From the NCBI GenBank assembly GCA_030248215.1, contig JASANG010002509.1, positions 434,001 through 498,000 on the forward strand: a stretch of 64,000 nt of DNA. Direction: 5' to 3'. The notes under the pieces are model-generated. The model searched no databases. It saw only the letters and a program-made list of their open reading frames with translations, and was not told the origin of the DNA. Source of the stretch: Enoplolaimus lenunculus. Lineage: Eukaryota. Within the stretch, counting starts at the first letter, position 1; every line of letters begins with the position of its first letter. Shown one piece after another: positions 26,685-39,113 of the stretch. The position numbers and the translations under genes were made by a program.

Positions 26685-26936
26685 ACCTTGACTCTAAAAC
26701 TGTAAAAGAGCCCAAGACTAATTGAAAGCATTTTCGGATACAAAATTTAAAGGATTTGAGACAAAAAATTATACGGGTTTCATAAAATCTTTTAAATTCC
26801 AAACGTTATTGTTTCAATTTTTAAGATTTTGAAATTTCAAGTCGTATTAATTCACTGAGTAGAAATGTTTCATACCCAGATTTTTCTAACGCATCTTATT
26901 GCAAAATATTTTTTCAAAGTACTACATATATATAGA

Positions 26937-27102
26937 CACTGCAAAAAAGATGAGTTAGATTGACTCTCTCCGAAATAGGCTCTACGGGACTGCACAAACT
27001 GAGTCAAATTCGACATCGCCCGAGTCAAATTTGACTCACTTTGTGTAGTTCCGTAGAGCGTATGTCGGAGAGAGTCGTTTTGACTCGAAATTTTTTGCAG
27101 TG
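26937..27102. mobile_element. palindromic CACTGCAAAAA-ended MITE
   Basis: Near-perfect foldback with CACTGCAAAAAA / TTTTTTGCAGTG ends. Confidence 0.8.
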
Positions 27103-27861
27103 TAGGCGCAAGAAAAACGTTCCTTGACAAAGGATTTTTTGATGCAGTTGTTTCGGCCTGGGATATGTAAAACTGCTAGTGGGAATAGTGTGGCGTCGCT
27201 TTCTTTCGTCCTTGTCGTTCACGGGCCTTTGTTTTTCGAGAAGGTTTAATCGATTAAGTACAAAAATATTTATGATTACCGCTGCAACATGCCATTCATT
27301 GAAACTGAGTCGAATTTTGCCCGATCCACTGTTTCTTTAACGGTAGTTGAGTTTTGTATAATTCAATCCGAGTGGAGGTCTATCACAAAGTGATGCCCCT
27401 CGTATTGGGAACGTAAGTGCTAGCCCGGCTCTGAGCTGGCACTGTTCTGAGCCATACATCTGCTGTTGCAAATGTTGGCCAAGTCATGAGAACAAAAGCC
27501 GAAAGCAAAAAATTAGTCTAAAGCTTAAACTTGCTCTACTGCAGTCCCACAGAAAAACGTTGCGCCCCTAATCTTTACATGGGCCCACCCTGCCATATAT
27601 ATTACACGATTAAAACTTCGGCTTAGACTTCGGCTTAGACCTAATAAAACTCTTGAGCAACGAGGGTTCTAGCTTACGCTTGTTCATAGGTATATATCAG
27701 CCTTGTCCTAAACCTAAGCCTAAGCTTAAATGGAGGCGCGGGTACAAGAATCTCTGAATGTTGTACGAGTTTAACCGAAATATAGATACGTTAATATTTA
27801 CCGCATTTAGATTGTTTGTGTCCCACAGAAAAACGTTCCGCCCCTGATCTTTACATGGGCG

Positions 27862-28195
27862 CAGCGTTCAACCTGAGGTGAAAAATACCGCAGCCGGAAC
27901 CGGAGGTCAACGAAACTTGCCCGAGCCGGAGCCGGAGGTGAGGCGAAATTAGGCAGTAAAAAGGATGGTTAATTAGTTAATGTTAGCCAGTACCTGCAAT
28001 ATGTCGTTAAAGTTGTTTGGTAAAATTGCGACAAAAGTAAAACAAAATGCGCTAAACAGATTAATTTTGCAAAATTATGCAAAATTTTACTACCGAAATT
28101 CGAGGAACGTCCGGCAAAAATTCTACCGGAGACGGAGTCGGAGCCGGAGGCCGATTTTCTACCGGAGCCGGAAGCAGACCTTCGGTTGTACCATG
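27862..28195. mobile_element. hAT-like MITE (CCGGAG-rich subfamily)
   Basis: Reverse-complement similarity to 11374-11733. Confidence 0.7.
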
Positions 28196-29719
28196 ATATA
28201 TGGTAAGTCTACAAGAGCACACCCAGATGCTTTCAAACCAAAAAAAAATGCAAAAAACGTTGCCAGTTGGTAAAAGATGGCAAACATTAATACCTGAAAC
28301 CAATATTTGATACTAAATATGTGATAACGGCCGTGCCGCAATAAATTGCACATTCGTACACACCAGTCTTTTGGTTATATCGTAAAGTCTCTGGACCAAT
28401 TTTATACGCAAACGAGTGTCGCTTGTTTGCCTTTATAAAAGTTATCAAAACCCCCGAACGCTAATAGGCATAACAGGAATCATTGTGAGGCAACCAACAT
28501 TTTTCAAACGCCAAAAAACCAGCATCTGCGCGGGTTGCGTTTTTCAACCCTCTCACTGAAACAACCTGTGGGTGCCTCTACGATGTGACCACGCGTTGAG
28601 TGTTCCCAGCGAGCGTACCAGGAGCCTGATGTAAAAAAATCATTGCCACAAAAGATACGTCTTATAACCCATAACCGATACCGTTTAATTTATTTGCTTT
28701 AATGTTCATTTTCACTTAAACATTTTTATATTTGTTTGTGTACAGGCATTATTTATAATTTGAAAGCCGCTAACTCTCTATACCTTCACCACTTTAAGCA
28801 GGGGTATAACTTGGCGGAACGCTTTTAAAAACAGCTGTATCTTAAAACATCTTCTCGCGTTTTTTGGGGTGTCAAAAGACACCGGTCGTACTTTGTGTTC
28901 GAATATTTTGCAGTCTTTTTTGATTTGGTGTGACGCTCTTAGAAGGAAAAATACTACTACAATGCTTTGTTTCCTGGTTTATTTAAGTCAAATCGACTAA
29001 TTTTCACTAAATATTACTAGCCATTTATAGGTTCTGACCAGTTTCACCGTTTGCATTGAATTGTATGGCACAATAGTAAGGTCCCCTTACAAATTATTAA
29101 AATTACGTTCGCTTTCTGGCTCATTCCGCTCGCAAGGTTTGTTTCACCGTTATCGCGGCCTCAGCGCTTGTGGCCGTGATTCAACGTTTTGTTGCATAAA
29201 ACCAGTCAACGGAAGGTTCGCGATGCGATTCAGTGTAATGCAACTTCCACAATAACATGCGTATACCAGGTGACTTTTGACGGGGTAGTGTCATGGACGC
29301 TGAAGGCAAAAAAGCTTCAGTATGCTGAACACTGAAGTCAAAAAGCTTCAATTTGGAAAATTTCCATGTGCAGACAGTTGGGTACCGCGCTGGTTCCATA
29401 AATAGCGTCGTTCATTTTGTTGAAATTCAGCAATCGGTTACGGACTTAGCATCACTGAAACTGTTATTGGTTGAAGACCTAAGTAGTCGTTGGTTACAAT
29501 TGATTCGTTTATAGAGGTCAAACCCCTATAGGTATTTTTGTCCAGGGTTTTTATAAGGATTCTTTTGACATTTCTATTGTACGTGACTTTCACAAGCCTC
29601 GTTACGCCCTGACTGTAGAGAACTTTATCTGCAAATACCCCAACCGCTTCAGTGCGTGCAATTATGCATTTAACTTCAATTTTACAAGTGTTAGTTATAG
29701 CACGATTTTCCGCGCCCTA

Positions 29720-30268
29720 CACTGCAAAAAATGGTGAGTCAAACCAAGTGTGGATGATCACTCTTTATAACAAGAGTGAACAACTGGGTACATTCTGTGT
29801 ATTAAAGAATGTACCCGGCACGCGTTGCGTTTTTGGTATACCCCACCTTGTTTACGGGGGGTCTTTATGCAGTTTTATATCGTAGTAAAGGAGGAAATTG
29901 TAACCCCCCTTGTTTAAAGGGGGGGTAGGTGTACTGAAACATACTGTTAATCTCTTGCTTAAACCCCCCTGATTGAGGGGGGTCGAACAAAAATGCAACG
30001 CGTGCTGGTACATTCTTTAATACACAGAATGTACCCAGCTGCACACTCTTGTTATAAAAAGTGATCATTCACTCTTGGTCAAACTGACTTTCTCCGAAAT
30101 GGACTCTACAGGACTACACAAACTGCGTCAAATTCGACTCCGTCAGAATCAAGTTCGACTCACTGAGTCGCACGTTTGACGCTAGCGGAGTCGAATTTGA
30201 CTCAGCATGCGTTGCCACGCAAAGCCTATTTCGGAGTGAGTCAATTTAACTCACCACTTTTTGCAGTG
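29720..30268. mobile_element. CACTGCAAAAA-ended MITE interrupted by a foldback insertion
   Basis: The ends match the family; the left arm is split at gtcaaac. Confidence 0.8.
29745..30077. mobile_element. long-TIR foldback element (CAAG...CTTG, 7-bp TSD)
   Basis: ~90-bp TIRs; gtcaaac is duplicated on both sides. A related, degraded copy lies at ~10030-10345. Confidence 0.8.
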
Positions 30269-30527
30269 CATTGCGTTCATCGTGTCTAAACCGTGCTTAA
30301 ATATTGCTCTTAACTGTATGAGCCGTATTACAAGTGTTGTTCATTAAATATATATATATATTCAGAATTGTAACCATTTTGTCGTAATCTGCAATTATAC
30401 TAAAAAATCAAATTCTTTAGTGAAAATTCCTAAGTAATTTTTATGTTTTGCTATTTGAGTAAAATTTAAATCACCAACAAAACCGCTTAAATAATGTTAC
30501 CACAGCCCAATTCACGACAGATTTAAG

Positions 30528-30680
30528 GGCCCATGTAAAGATCAGGGGCGGAACGTTTTTCTGTGGGACTAGAATAGAGTAAGCTTAAGCTTTAGACTAA
30601 TTTTTGGCTTGGCTTAGGTTTAGGTTTAGGCTTAGGAATATGTTCATAATACTGTTCCGCCCCTGTTCTTTACACTGGCC
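30528..30680. mobile_element. TTAGGC-carrying MITE, subfamily B
   Basis: Both TIRs; exact TSD gatttaag. Confidence 0.92.
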
Positions 30681-30955
30681 GATTTAAGGTTGTTATGCTT
30701 GAAAAAATGATGCGATTGTTTATCGAAAAACTTTTTTTTTGAGTTTTTTAACTCAACCACTTTTAACCACTTGATAAATGGATGAATTTTATTTTGCGAA
30801 CATTGCACGCCGTGGTGGTTAGTCACAGTAGTTCTAGCAGACCACGTTTTGAAACTTTTCATATCAAAGGAATCCAGAGACAAAATATATATACCATAAC
30901 CACGGTATGAACGGATTGTAAAAATATAAGGGAAACGGGAATGGATTAAATAAAT

Positions 30956-31106
30956 GGCCAATGTAAAGATCAAGAGCGGAACGTTTTTCTGTGGGACTGC
31001 AATAGAGTATGCTTAAGCATTAGACTATTTTTTTGCTTGTCTTTAAGGCTTAGGTTTAGGCTTAGAGAATATGCTTACTGTTCCGCCCCTGTTCTTTACA
31101 TTGGCC
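30956..31106. mobile_element. TTAGGC-carrying MITE, subfamily B
   Basis: Both TIRs; degenerate TSD aaataaat/atataaag. Confidence 0.85.
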
Positions 31107-31670
31107 ATATAAAGGATAAAATTTTGGCCAATGTCACTTTTAGCAGCGTAAACGGTATTATAAAAGCACGTTCGTAAACCAAAACGTAAGCCCAAGCCTA
31201 TGCGAAAATTTTGCCTAAAATATAAGCTTATACCTACTTCTGGAATCCCACAGAAAACGGAAGGCACTCGTCTCAAAGTAAACGTGAATCACAGTTTCAA
31301 AAACATTTAAATTTTCTGTAAATACAACTCAGGCATGAAAATATTCACGAAGTTTTCTAAATTTTTAAGCAAATAATCATTTTTTAAGATTTAGATTAAT
31401 TTCGTCATTTTTATTTTATATCGCACAATTGCGGCACATCTGTCATCAAAAATGACACGATTTTCCGTTTGACCTAGAACTAATTCCCGGTATATGAATG
31501 ACGTTTATTTCCGGTATTTCTTTAACAAAAACGGATACGGACATCAATCTTTACTGGAAACAAATATCCGGTTACATGCTGGTGCCATGCAAACTTTCCT
31601 GAAATTGTCACTATGTAACATTTTGTATGGCTATCATTTTTAGGCAATAGTATAGTATAGGCTATTAGCT

Positions 31671-32093
31671 ATGTCATTAGATCGTTATTATTCAGCGATG
31701 GACTTAATGCGTGAACAATATCCAGATTTAGCAGTCCTTCAAGAACCGCCAGTTCACGTTCCCTATCGATCAGTAGATCCAGTTCGCTATCATCGAATGA
31801 CACCTGGCTTTGAAGCGACCCGCCTGCATCATAACGTCTCGCTTTGCCGAGGACTTCGAGGCCACGATTTTGCATACCTGCGTCGGTATCAACCGCATCG
31901 AGTCAGAGCCCTGGTAACCGTTCCGAGCCATGGATTTTTCAGCTGGGGTGTCCGCCGACCTGTTCAAAGTCCGTACGAGAAGCAAACTTCACAGATGTTT
32001 CGTGCAATGACACTACACGTTGCAGGCCTGGTCTCGGATGCCGAATTTCATCGCTACTGGACGACAGGATCCGGTGGAAGTACGATTTATTAA
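31671..32093 (+). CDS. Tyr/Arg-rich small protein, cluster member 1 (140 aa)
   Basis: GC-elevated ATG-to-TAA ORF in an AT-rich background; TTTTTAG acceptor at 31643; C-terminal RAMTLHVAGLV....RYW motif shared with member 4. Confidence 0.75.
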   Translation: MSLDRYYSAMDLMREQYPDLAVLQEPPVHVPYRSVDPVRYHRMTPGFEATRLHHNVSLCRGLRGHDFAYLRRYQPHRVRALVTVPSHGFFSWGVRRPVQSPYEKQTSQMFRAMTLHVAGLVSDAEFHRYWTTGSGGSTIY

Positions 32094-32270
32094 TGCAGCA
32101 GGTAAAAAGGTTTTTGTTCCCTGATTTATTTATCCTATGTAATCTGTTGGTTTGTGTTCTATAGAACGGTCATTTTGTTTTCGGTATTCAAACAGTTTGT
32201 TCAATATTTGGTTGCGATACATTTTGGCAAAACTCGTTTTAAAATACTGAATAGCGAAGTTATAGGTCAT

Positions 32271-32478
32271 GGCGTTTGTAAAGAACAGGGGCGGAACGTT
32301 TTTCTGTGGGACTAGAATATAGTAAGCTTAAGGTTTAGACTAGTTTTTTGCCTGGCTTAGGCTTAGGCTTAGGCTTAGGAATATGCCCATTCCTACGCTT
32401 AGGCTTAGGCTTAGGATTAGACTTAAGCTTAAGCTTTATGGTAATAATACTGTTCCGCCCCTGTTCTTTACATTGGCC
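32271..32478. mobile_element. TTAGGC-carrying MITE, subfamily B
   Basis: Both TIRs; TSD taggtcat/caggtcat. Confidence 0.88.
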
Positions 32479-32770
32479 CAGGTCATTGTCAAGCTTTGAT
32501 GAAGTAGGCAAGTTTGTTGTCGTGCTACAATGGTAAAAATGCTGGCTGTGACGGATGAGTTAAAAATGGATCGCAGAAAGGTATCCCTTAAAAGCCGTCT
32601 TAAAAATAGCAAACTTCAGCATGTGTGAGGAAATAAAAATGTATTCAGTAAAGTTAAACTTTCTTATTTTATTAATATTAATGAAAAGAAAGTTTCATTT
32701 TATGAAATGCTGGATTGAGTCTAAAAATAGTTTTATGGCACGCCCTCTTTACAACTGTGGCAAACAAATT

Positions 32771-33387
32771 GGGTCTTTTCCGTTATCCCGCGGCAGCCCG
32801 CGTTTGCCCAAAAAATGGTTCGATTTTGAAAATTTTTTGCATATTTGATCTTCTCATGACATCTCCTGATCATTCCACGGCTAAATTTGAGTTTTTGAAA
32901 AATTCGATTTTAAGGTCTCAAAATCCCCTTTTGGGACCCAAAAAATTTTTTGTCGAAAAGTTGGACAAATTATACAGTATTCGATGCAGCGTGTGGAGCT
33001 GAGTCTAATGGTGTTAAATTGTTTGCCATCAGACGATTGGTTAACGGGTTATTGTCAAATAACTTAGTTGGCGCGCTCGATTCTGGTCGGCGTCAAATCA
33101 ATTATTTAACCATCATTCGTTAACCAATCGTCTGATGGCAAACAATTTTAAACCATTAGACTCAGTTTCGTAAGCTGCACCGAATAGTATATAATTTGAC
33201 CATCTTTTGGACAACATTTTTGGATCTCTCGGTGTCCTTGGGTCCTTACAAAATCGAATCTTTCAAAAATTTTAAATATAGACGTGAAACGATCAGTGGA
33301 AGTCACGAAAAGATCAAATATGCAAAAAATTTCAAAAAAGAACTATTTTTTGGCAAACGCGGGCTGGGGGGATATCGGAAAAGACCC
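32771..33387. mobile_element. ~620-bp foldback element with GG termini and 8-bp TSD
   Basis: GGGTCTTTTCCG / CGGAAAAGACCC ends; the whole element is an imperfect palindrome; exact TSD aacaaatt. A related fragment lies at ~56976-57250. Confidence 0.88.
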
Positions 33388-33816
33388 AACAAATTTTTAC
33401 CATTAATCTACTATGAGTGATTTATTTCTTAATGAATATAATAACAATGGCAGCATTCTTACGAACGCAAATAATTGTAAATACGAACATTGTCGAAAAT
33501 CAGGTATAAAACTTGTCACAGATTTTTGTAAATATACTAAGTTCTGATTAGTCGTGTACGTTTTTGCAGCAAGAACTTGCAGCTACAATTGAGGTAAACA
33601 AAGTCTTTTAAACAATCTTTAACTGAAAATCATTCACTTTTAGAAAAAACAAATTAATTATATTTTGCTCATTTGAACATTGTTGCCAGTCGCTTGAATT
33701 TTAGTGAATCTGGGTTCTGACTGATCAACTTTTAAAACATTGCTGCTGATCGATTTTTGAAATACGAATTTTTGAATTTATGCAAAAATTATGAACTCAG
33801 TTTATATATTAAGTTT

Positions 33817-34019
33817 GGCTAATGTTACTTTAAGAGGCGTAACAGTTGATTAAGTGTATTCCTAAGCCTAAGCCTAAGCCTAAACATTGCAAAAATGAAT
33901 TCATAAGCCTATGCCTAAGCCTAAGCCTATGCTTAAGCAAAGAAATGTAATCTGGAATCTAAACCTACTCATTTATGGACCCACCAGAAACCTGAACGTC
34001 CCTTAAAGTAACATGGGCC
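33817..34019. mobile_element. TTAGGC-carrying MITE, subfamily C
   Basis: Both TIRs; internal GCCTAA array. Confidence 0.85.
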
Positions 34020-34692
34020 TCAATTTTTTTTATATTTACCAGTCCACTGTAAAAGTGATTGGACCAGTTTGCTACTCTACTGACCGGTAAAAATATTTTA
34101 AATAATTGACAGCTTTTGCAAGTTGAGAAATTTCGAGTAAAGCCTTCTTCACATGCTAACGTTTCCTACAGTTGAATTAATTATAAATTTTATTCCAAAA
34201 TTTAGAATATAAACGATATTTCATTTTGAATAGCTACAGCTGCAAGTTACTCGCGCAAGTTACAGCGGTAAGTTAGTTCTCGCTACTAAAACTTGCACGA
34301 GTAAGCAGAGCATAGCTGCAACAAGCTAAATGACTGAAAGCTCTGTCTTCTCTTTAAAATAGTAATTTAGAAAAACCACACGAATTTTTAACCAAAAATC
34401 GTTAAAATTAAAACTTCAAACACTTGTCAATAAAACACTTGAATTACAAGCTGTCTATTTTTTGCTTCATAAATTGGGAGTTAATTTTTCTCAGACTCAA
34501 ACACATGCCGCCTATGCGACTATGTGATCTACTTAATAACTTGTCTTTGTAAGCCAACAACAATTGAAATTAGTCTAATTTAACTTTTATTTAAAATTTG
34601 TACGTTGTATAATCATTTATTTTAGGCTACTTGGTTTGGTTTGATCATGTCGTGTTTCACTCATCGCCAAAAGCAAAGACTATGAAGATTTG

Positions 34693-34990
34693 GGCCCATG
34701 TGTAGAACACGACTGGACCGTTTTCCTGCGACGCTCTAATACAGTCAATTTAAGCTTTAGACTAATTTTTTGCTTAGCCTTAGGCCTAGGCTTAGGCTTA
34801 GGAATAGGCTCATCCATACGCTTAGGCTTAGGCTTAAGCTTAAGCTTAGGAAAAGGCTCATCTTTACGCTTAGGCTTAGGCGTAGGCTTAAAAATAGGAT
34901 CATCCTTACGCTTAGGCTTAGGCATAGGCTTACGCTTAGGCTTAGGAATATGCTTATACTACTGTTCCGGCCTTGTTCTATACATTGGCC
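34693..34990. mobile_element. TTAGGC-carrying MITE, subfamily A (expanded array)
   Basis: Both TIRs; exact TSD aagatttg. Confidence 0.92.
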
Positions 34991-35875
34991 AAGATTTGTA
35001 TATACTACAACAGTAGCAAAAATTGGTATTAATATGAAATTGTGAAAGCAGTAAATACCGGAAAACTGTTAATTTATATTTCAATTTCAGGGCTTAAAAA
35101 CAGGGTGTAGGTTAGAATTTTAATTTAGCCGAGTACTGTTTTTCCTAGCACACTTTTGCTGGTTTAGCATCGGCTAAAAGATGAAAAATACAATTTTTAT
35201 ACTGTAACCCCAGCTCTAAAAGTTGATTGTTTGCAGTTGGCATATATTCCTTATGATGTGAGAATTTGCGTCTTAGAGATGCTGTTTGCTGTGGTCAGTC
35301 GCATTGCTCAGAGACCGCAATTTTGTCGCGTATGCAACACTGTGAGTTAGAACTTTATTTAATTTTACTATTTCTTGCCAAAGCTTCTTATCGTTACATT
35401 TTGTGCTATTAAAAGCTCGTATTCGTAAATGTTGGTAGCACCTATTAGCAGTTGGTGAAGTTGTCCTCTAACCTTGGAACCCGCGAATGGTGAGATTCGA
35501 TATTCAGCACGTTGTTCGAGCCTGATTTGAGTCTACTTGTGTACCAATTTTGAGATATACAATTGCTAATGTTTGTTAGTTTGAAAACCTATCGCTAACT
35601 GATGATTGGTGCTATACGCGTTTGAGAATATGGGCCCTAATTTCGGTTTTATCGATAATAATGTTATCATATCGCAAACACAGTATATTTTGTTGTTTTT
35701 ATTATCGTTGTTGTGTCCTTAGTTACATGTTTAAGCTTCTGAAATATATTTCTTACGTTTCCAGGTGTCCTGATCTCTGATACTTGAGGAGTCACTGCAC
35801 GGTTCCGTGAATCAAAATAGTCCTCGCTTAAATTCAAGACTGAATTTCTTGTGGTGTCTATCAAAAAGTCTTGTA

Positions 35876-36094
35876 CTAGACCAATCTGCTATTCAGGTCA
35901 ATTACTAGCCTAAGTCAATCTGCTATTTTGCAAAATACCAGTTTCGCCTTGGCTAAACTGCTATTAAACTTATAGACCAATCAGATTTGATTATTTTACA
36001 TCTTACAATCGCTATTTGGCCTTGCTATTTGCTTAGAATAGCAGACTTGCCTATAGGCTATTCGGTTATTGGCCTGAATAGCAGATTGGCCTAC
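35876..36094. mobile_element. palindromic MITE-like element with CTGCTA subrepeats
   Basis: Inverted ends TAGACCAATCTGCTATTCAGGTCAAT / ATTGGCCTGAATAGCAGATTGGCCTA. Confidence 0.65.
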
Positions 36095-37268
36095 GATAGA
36101 TGCACTACTAAATAACACAATTTCGCGCGGCTTACTAAAACCTGCATTATTGTGATCTATTTATTGCTGTAGCATTGTAAGCAAAGTAAACGGTTTAGTC
36201 TAAAGCGTATTTATTCAAAAAGTCGTTGCAAACGTGAGTCTTTTGGCCAATGAGCGATTAATATCTTGAAATTTGTAATCTTCTTTGACTGAGGTTTAAA
36301 ATCATAGCATCAGTGCGCTGAAGCTCAGGACATAATTGTGTAAATTATTTTGATTAAGATTTCTTGGGATTTTTTCACCTCAAACGCTGACAATTTGTCG
36401 AAATTTCATTTCCAGCTTGAAATTATCAAACTTACATCGATTGGGCACTGAAATCACCATACGGTTCCATAGTCAAGGATTCGGGGTCTTTTTAGTCGAT
36501 CCTTCGTTGTCCCTATAAAGGAACGTTCTGCTATAGAACATCTGTGAGTATGTGGTGTTGTAGGGCACTTTTTATTCAGGGGCTACTGCCTTCTTGAACC
36601 CCCTTATTTTAAGGGACCCTAATCAAAATGGAGGGCTGACACCCCGAGATTCCCAGCACTTAGCGGTTCTTACGGTATAACGCTAGAAACGCAGTCTAAA
36701 ATTATTTCGTTAGAAATTCTGAGTGTTCCAACAATGAATTGCTTACTGTAGGGAATTTGGCGAGCGACAGTCCCACCCATCCTGGTTAGGGTGCCCTGAA
36801 CATGGTAGGGGTTCCTGTGGGCGGCAGCCCTCCAGAGAACACAATGATATTTTTCGATGTGGGGGGCAGTTTCCTTTGAAAAACGTGCCAAAATTTTTGA
36901 CCCCCTGGATAAGTTTTGGCCACGATTTTAAGTTTAGGCTGGCTGTCTGCCTGACAGCACAATTTCAGGCAAAGTTGCAACCTTGATTTTAATATGGCAA
37001 TTTTATGCGTTGATAACCCTCACCTAATGTATTCATTTGTCAGATTAGTAACGGCGTACGGAAACTTATTCACTGGGAGGTGATAGGTTTTATAACTTTT
37101 TTTGCCAGAAATAAAGCTTTATTATAATCCAAATTTTGTTTGCAGTGAACGTTTTCCAGCCGGGGATATACCCAGCTGGGCCAGTCACACCTACGGTGAG
37201 CTTCAAAATATAAAAAATTTTATATTTGAACTGAATTCATGATTCTTGCATAAATTCCAAAATCTGCA

Positions 37269-37714
37269 CTGTAGTGACCCGAATAAGAGGAGTGACTGAT
37301 ATTTGTTTGGCCTCTCCGGAGAGTACCACACCCCCCGTTATCCGGTTACGAACTCTTCTTTATTTTTAACCCGCCCTCCGCCGCCCTTCGAAACGTATAT
37401 ATCCAGTATTGCAACTATCCGTTGGATTAAACCTTTATTTGTCTTGTATCAAAAACTTGAACGATAAAGCAAGGTTAATACTTAGGAATGTACTTTTAAA
37501 ACTCAAGCATGCTTTAATGTTTCGAACTCAACTTTATTTGGCCCTGGAATCATTTATTCGCTACAATTAGGGATAATTAACACACATGGACTCTAATTAT
37601 GGTTTAGGGACTCTATCCGCTTGTGGACTCTTATTAGGGACACGGACTCCTATTGATTGGGATTCAAAACGCGGACCCCCTCTTATTACACCCCTTTTAT
37701 TTAGGTTACTGCAG
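37269..37714. mobile_element. CTGTAGTGACCCGAATAAGAGG-family MITE
   Basis: Reverse-oriented homologue of 23615-24060. Confidence 0.8.
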
Positions 37715-37816
37715 TAAATGTACTATAGGGGATTTAGACTCTTACGTGGTCATATTTTAGGCAACGAAACTTTTTTCCATATTCGACCACTGCACCCTCG
37801 CTCGGCAACTTAGACA

Positions 37817-38335
37817 ATGACGGTCGATTTCTACTATAACAATTTGCGCAAAAGTCAATCAATGATATCGTTGCCAACCCGTCCACAGGCACCACCGCTT
37901 CTCCGACAATCAAGCCGAGTGTTCGCGACAAAGGCCGTTCTGCCAACAGCTAAATTTCGGCCGATGGACTATGAGTTGCGGACTCAGTACAAACCGAGCC
38001 GCCACGTCCCGCCGCATATGGTCCACGCGTACACTGCGGATTTAGATCCGGTTTGGTATGATCGCCGTTATACAAGCTCGTATCGTATTTATCTGCCGTA
38101 TTATCGGTTTTCAGTGCCACTGAATTACTATGACTTCTACTCAAAGCATCGTTCGTTTCGACAAGATCAAGATTATTTGCTGAATCCGTTTGCGTTGGAC
38201 AATGGACTGTCGCGAGTGTACGCGCGGACGTATGTGTCTCGAGACTATCCTCAATCGACCATGTGGAAATCGTATTGGCTCAGTCCGCGATATTATAAGC
38301 GTAAAGTTTGGGGATGGTATAATAAGTTGTATTAA
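37817..38335 (+). CDS. Tyr/Arg-rich small protein, cluster member 2 (172 aa)
   Basis: GC-elevated ORF; ATTTTAG acceptor at 37760; RKSQSMISL, DPVWY and KSYWLSP motifs. Confidence 0.8.
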   Translation: MTVDFYYNNLRKSQSMISLPTRPQAPPLLRQSSRVFATKAVLPTAKFRPMDYELRTQYKPSRHVPPHMVHAYTADLDPVWYDRRYTSSYRIYLPYYRFSVPLNYYDFYSKHRSFRQDQDYLLNPFALDNGLSRVYARTYVSRDYPQSTMWKSYWLSPRYYKRKVWGWYNKLY

Positions 38336-38916
38336 AGGTTAAGCCATAGTCACCAGCGCGGCCAGTATTCAAATGGGGGGTCAGCGTCAATAAGAGTATG
38401 TTTACGGTTTCGGTTCCGCTTTCCATCAGAAATTTTTTACGATAAAACGGTGGTTCCTGCCTTGTAAATTGTTACTTTTCGACCCCGGAAAGTCGTTTCG
38501 CTCGTGAGAGTTTTCTCAGTATGTATTGTGCGTCCGTGTGTTACAAATTTCTGGACCCCCCGCTGCCAAGCGCTCGGCATTTGTATACTTTGTTTCACAC
38601 GCCTAAGTTTAGCCTTAATCCCTAAGCGTAAACCAGAACCTAAAGCTTGAGCTTGACCCTAAAGCTATGAAACTTCCCACATCTATACACATATAAGCCT
38701 ATTAAGCCTAATCCTAAGCTGAAATTATGCCAAACTGTGATTATTTCAAACTGTGTGGGCAAAGTGTCCGAATGCCCAGCGGTCTCAAGGTGAACCTTTT
38801 AGTGTTACACTCAGTAACACGGCATTGTGCGGTTGTTCATACTTGCCTTGGTTCTATTTTGACTCAGTTGTGTTCATTTTTTCGCTTCTAATTATTAATA
38901 CTGCCATTATTGCTGC

Positions 38917-39113
38917 GGTCAATGTTACTTTTAGAACCTTCATAGTAGATTAAGCGTATTCCTAAGCCTTAACCTAAGCGTTGCAAAAGCGTATCCCTAA
39001 TCCTAAGCCTAAGCCTAAGCTTAAGCCTAAGCAAAACAATGTAGTCTAGAATTTAAGGCTACTCTTTTACAGACCAAATACAAACCGGGACGGCCTTAAA
39101 AGTAACACGGGCT
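38917..39113. mobile_element. TTAGGC-carrying MITE, subfamily C
   Basis: Both TIRs; TSD attgctgc/attactgc. Confidence 0.85.

Noticed and set aside
34621..34692. Acceptor plus ATG in the 6.1-kb gap where a cluster member might be expected
   Set aside because: The ORF stops after 12 codons, and no Tyr-rich or GC-elevated sequence follows even after removing the MITE.
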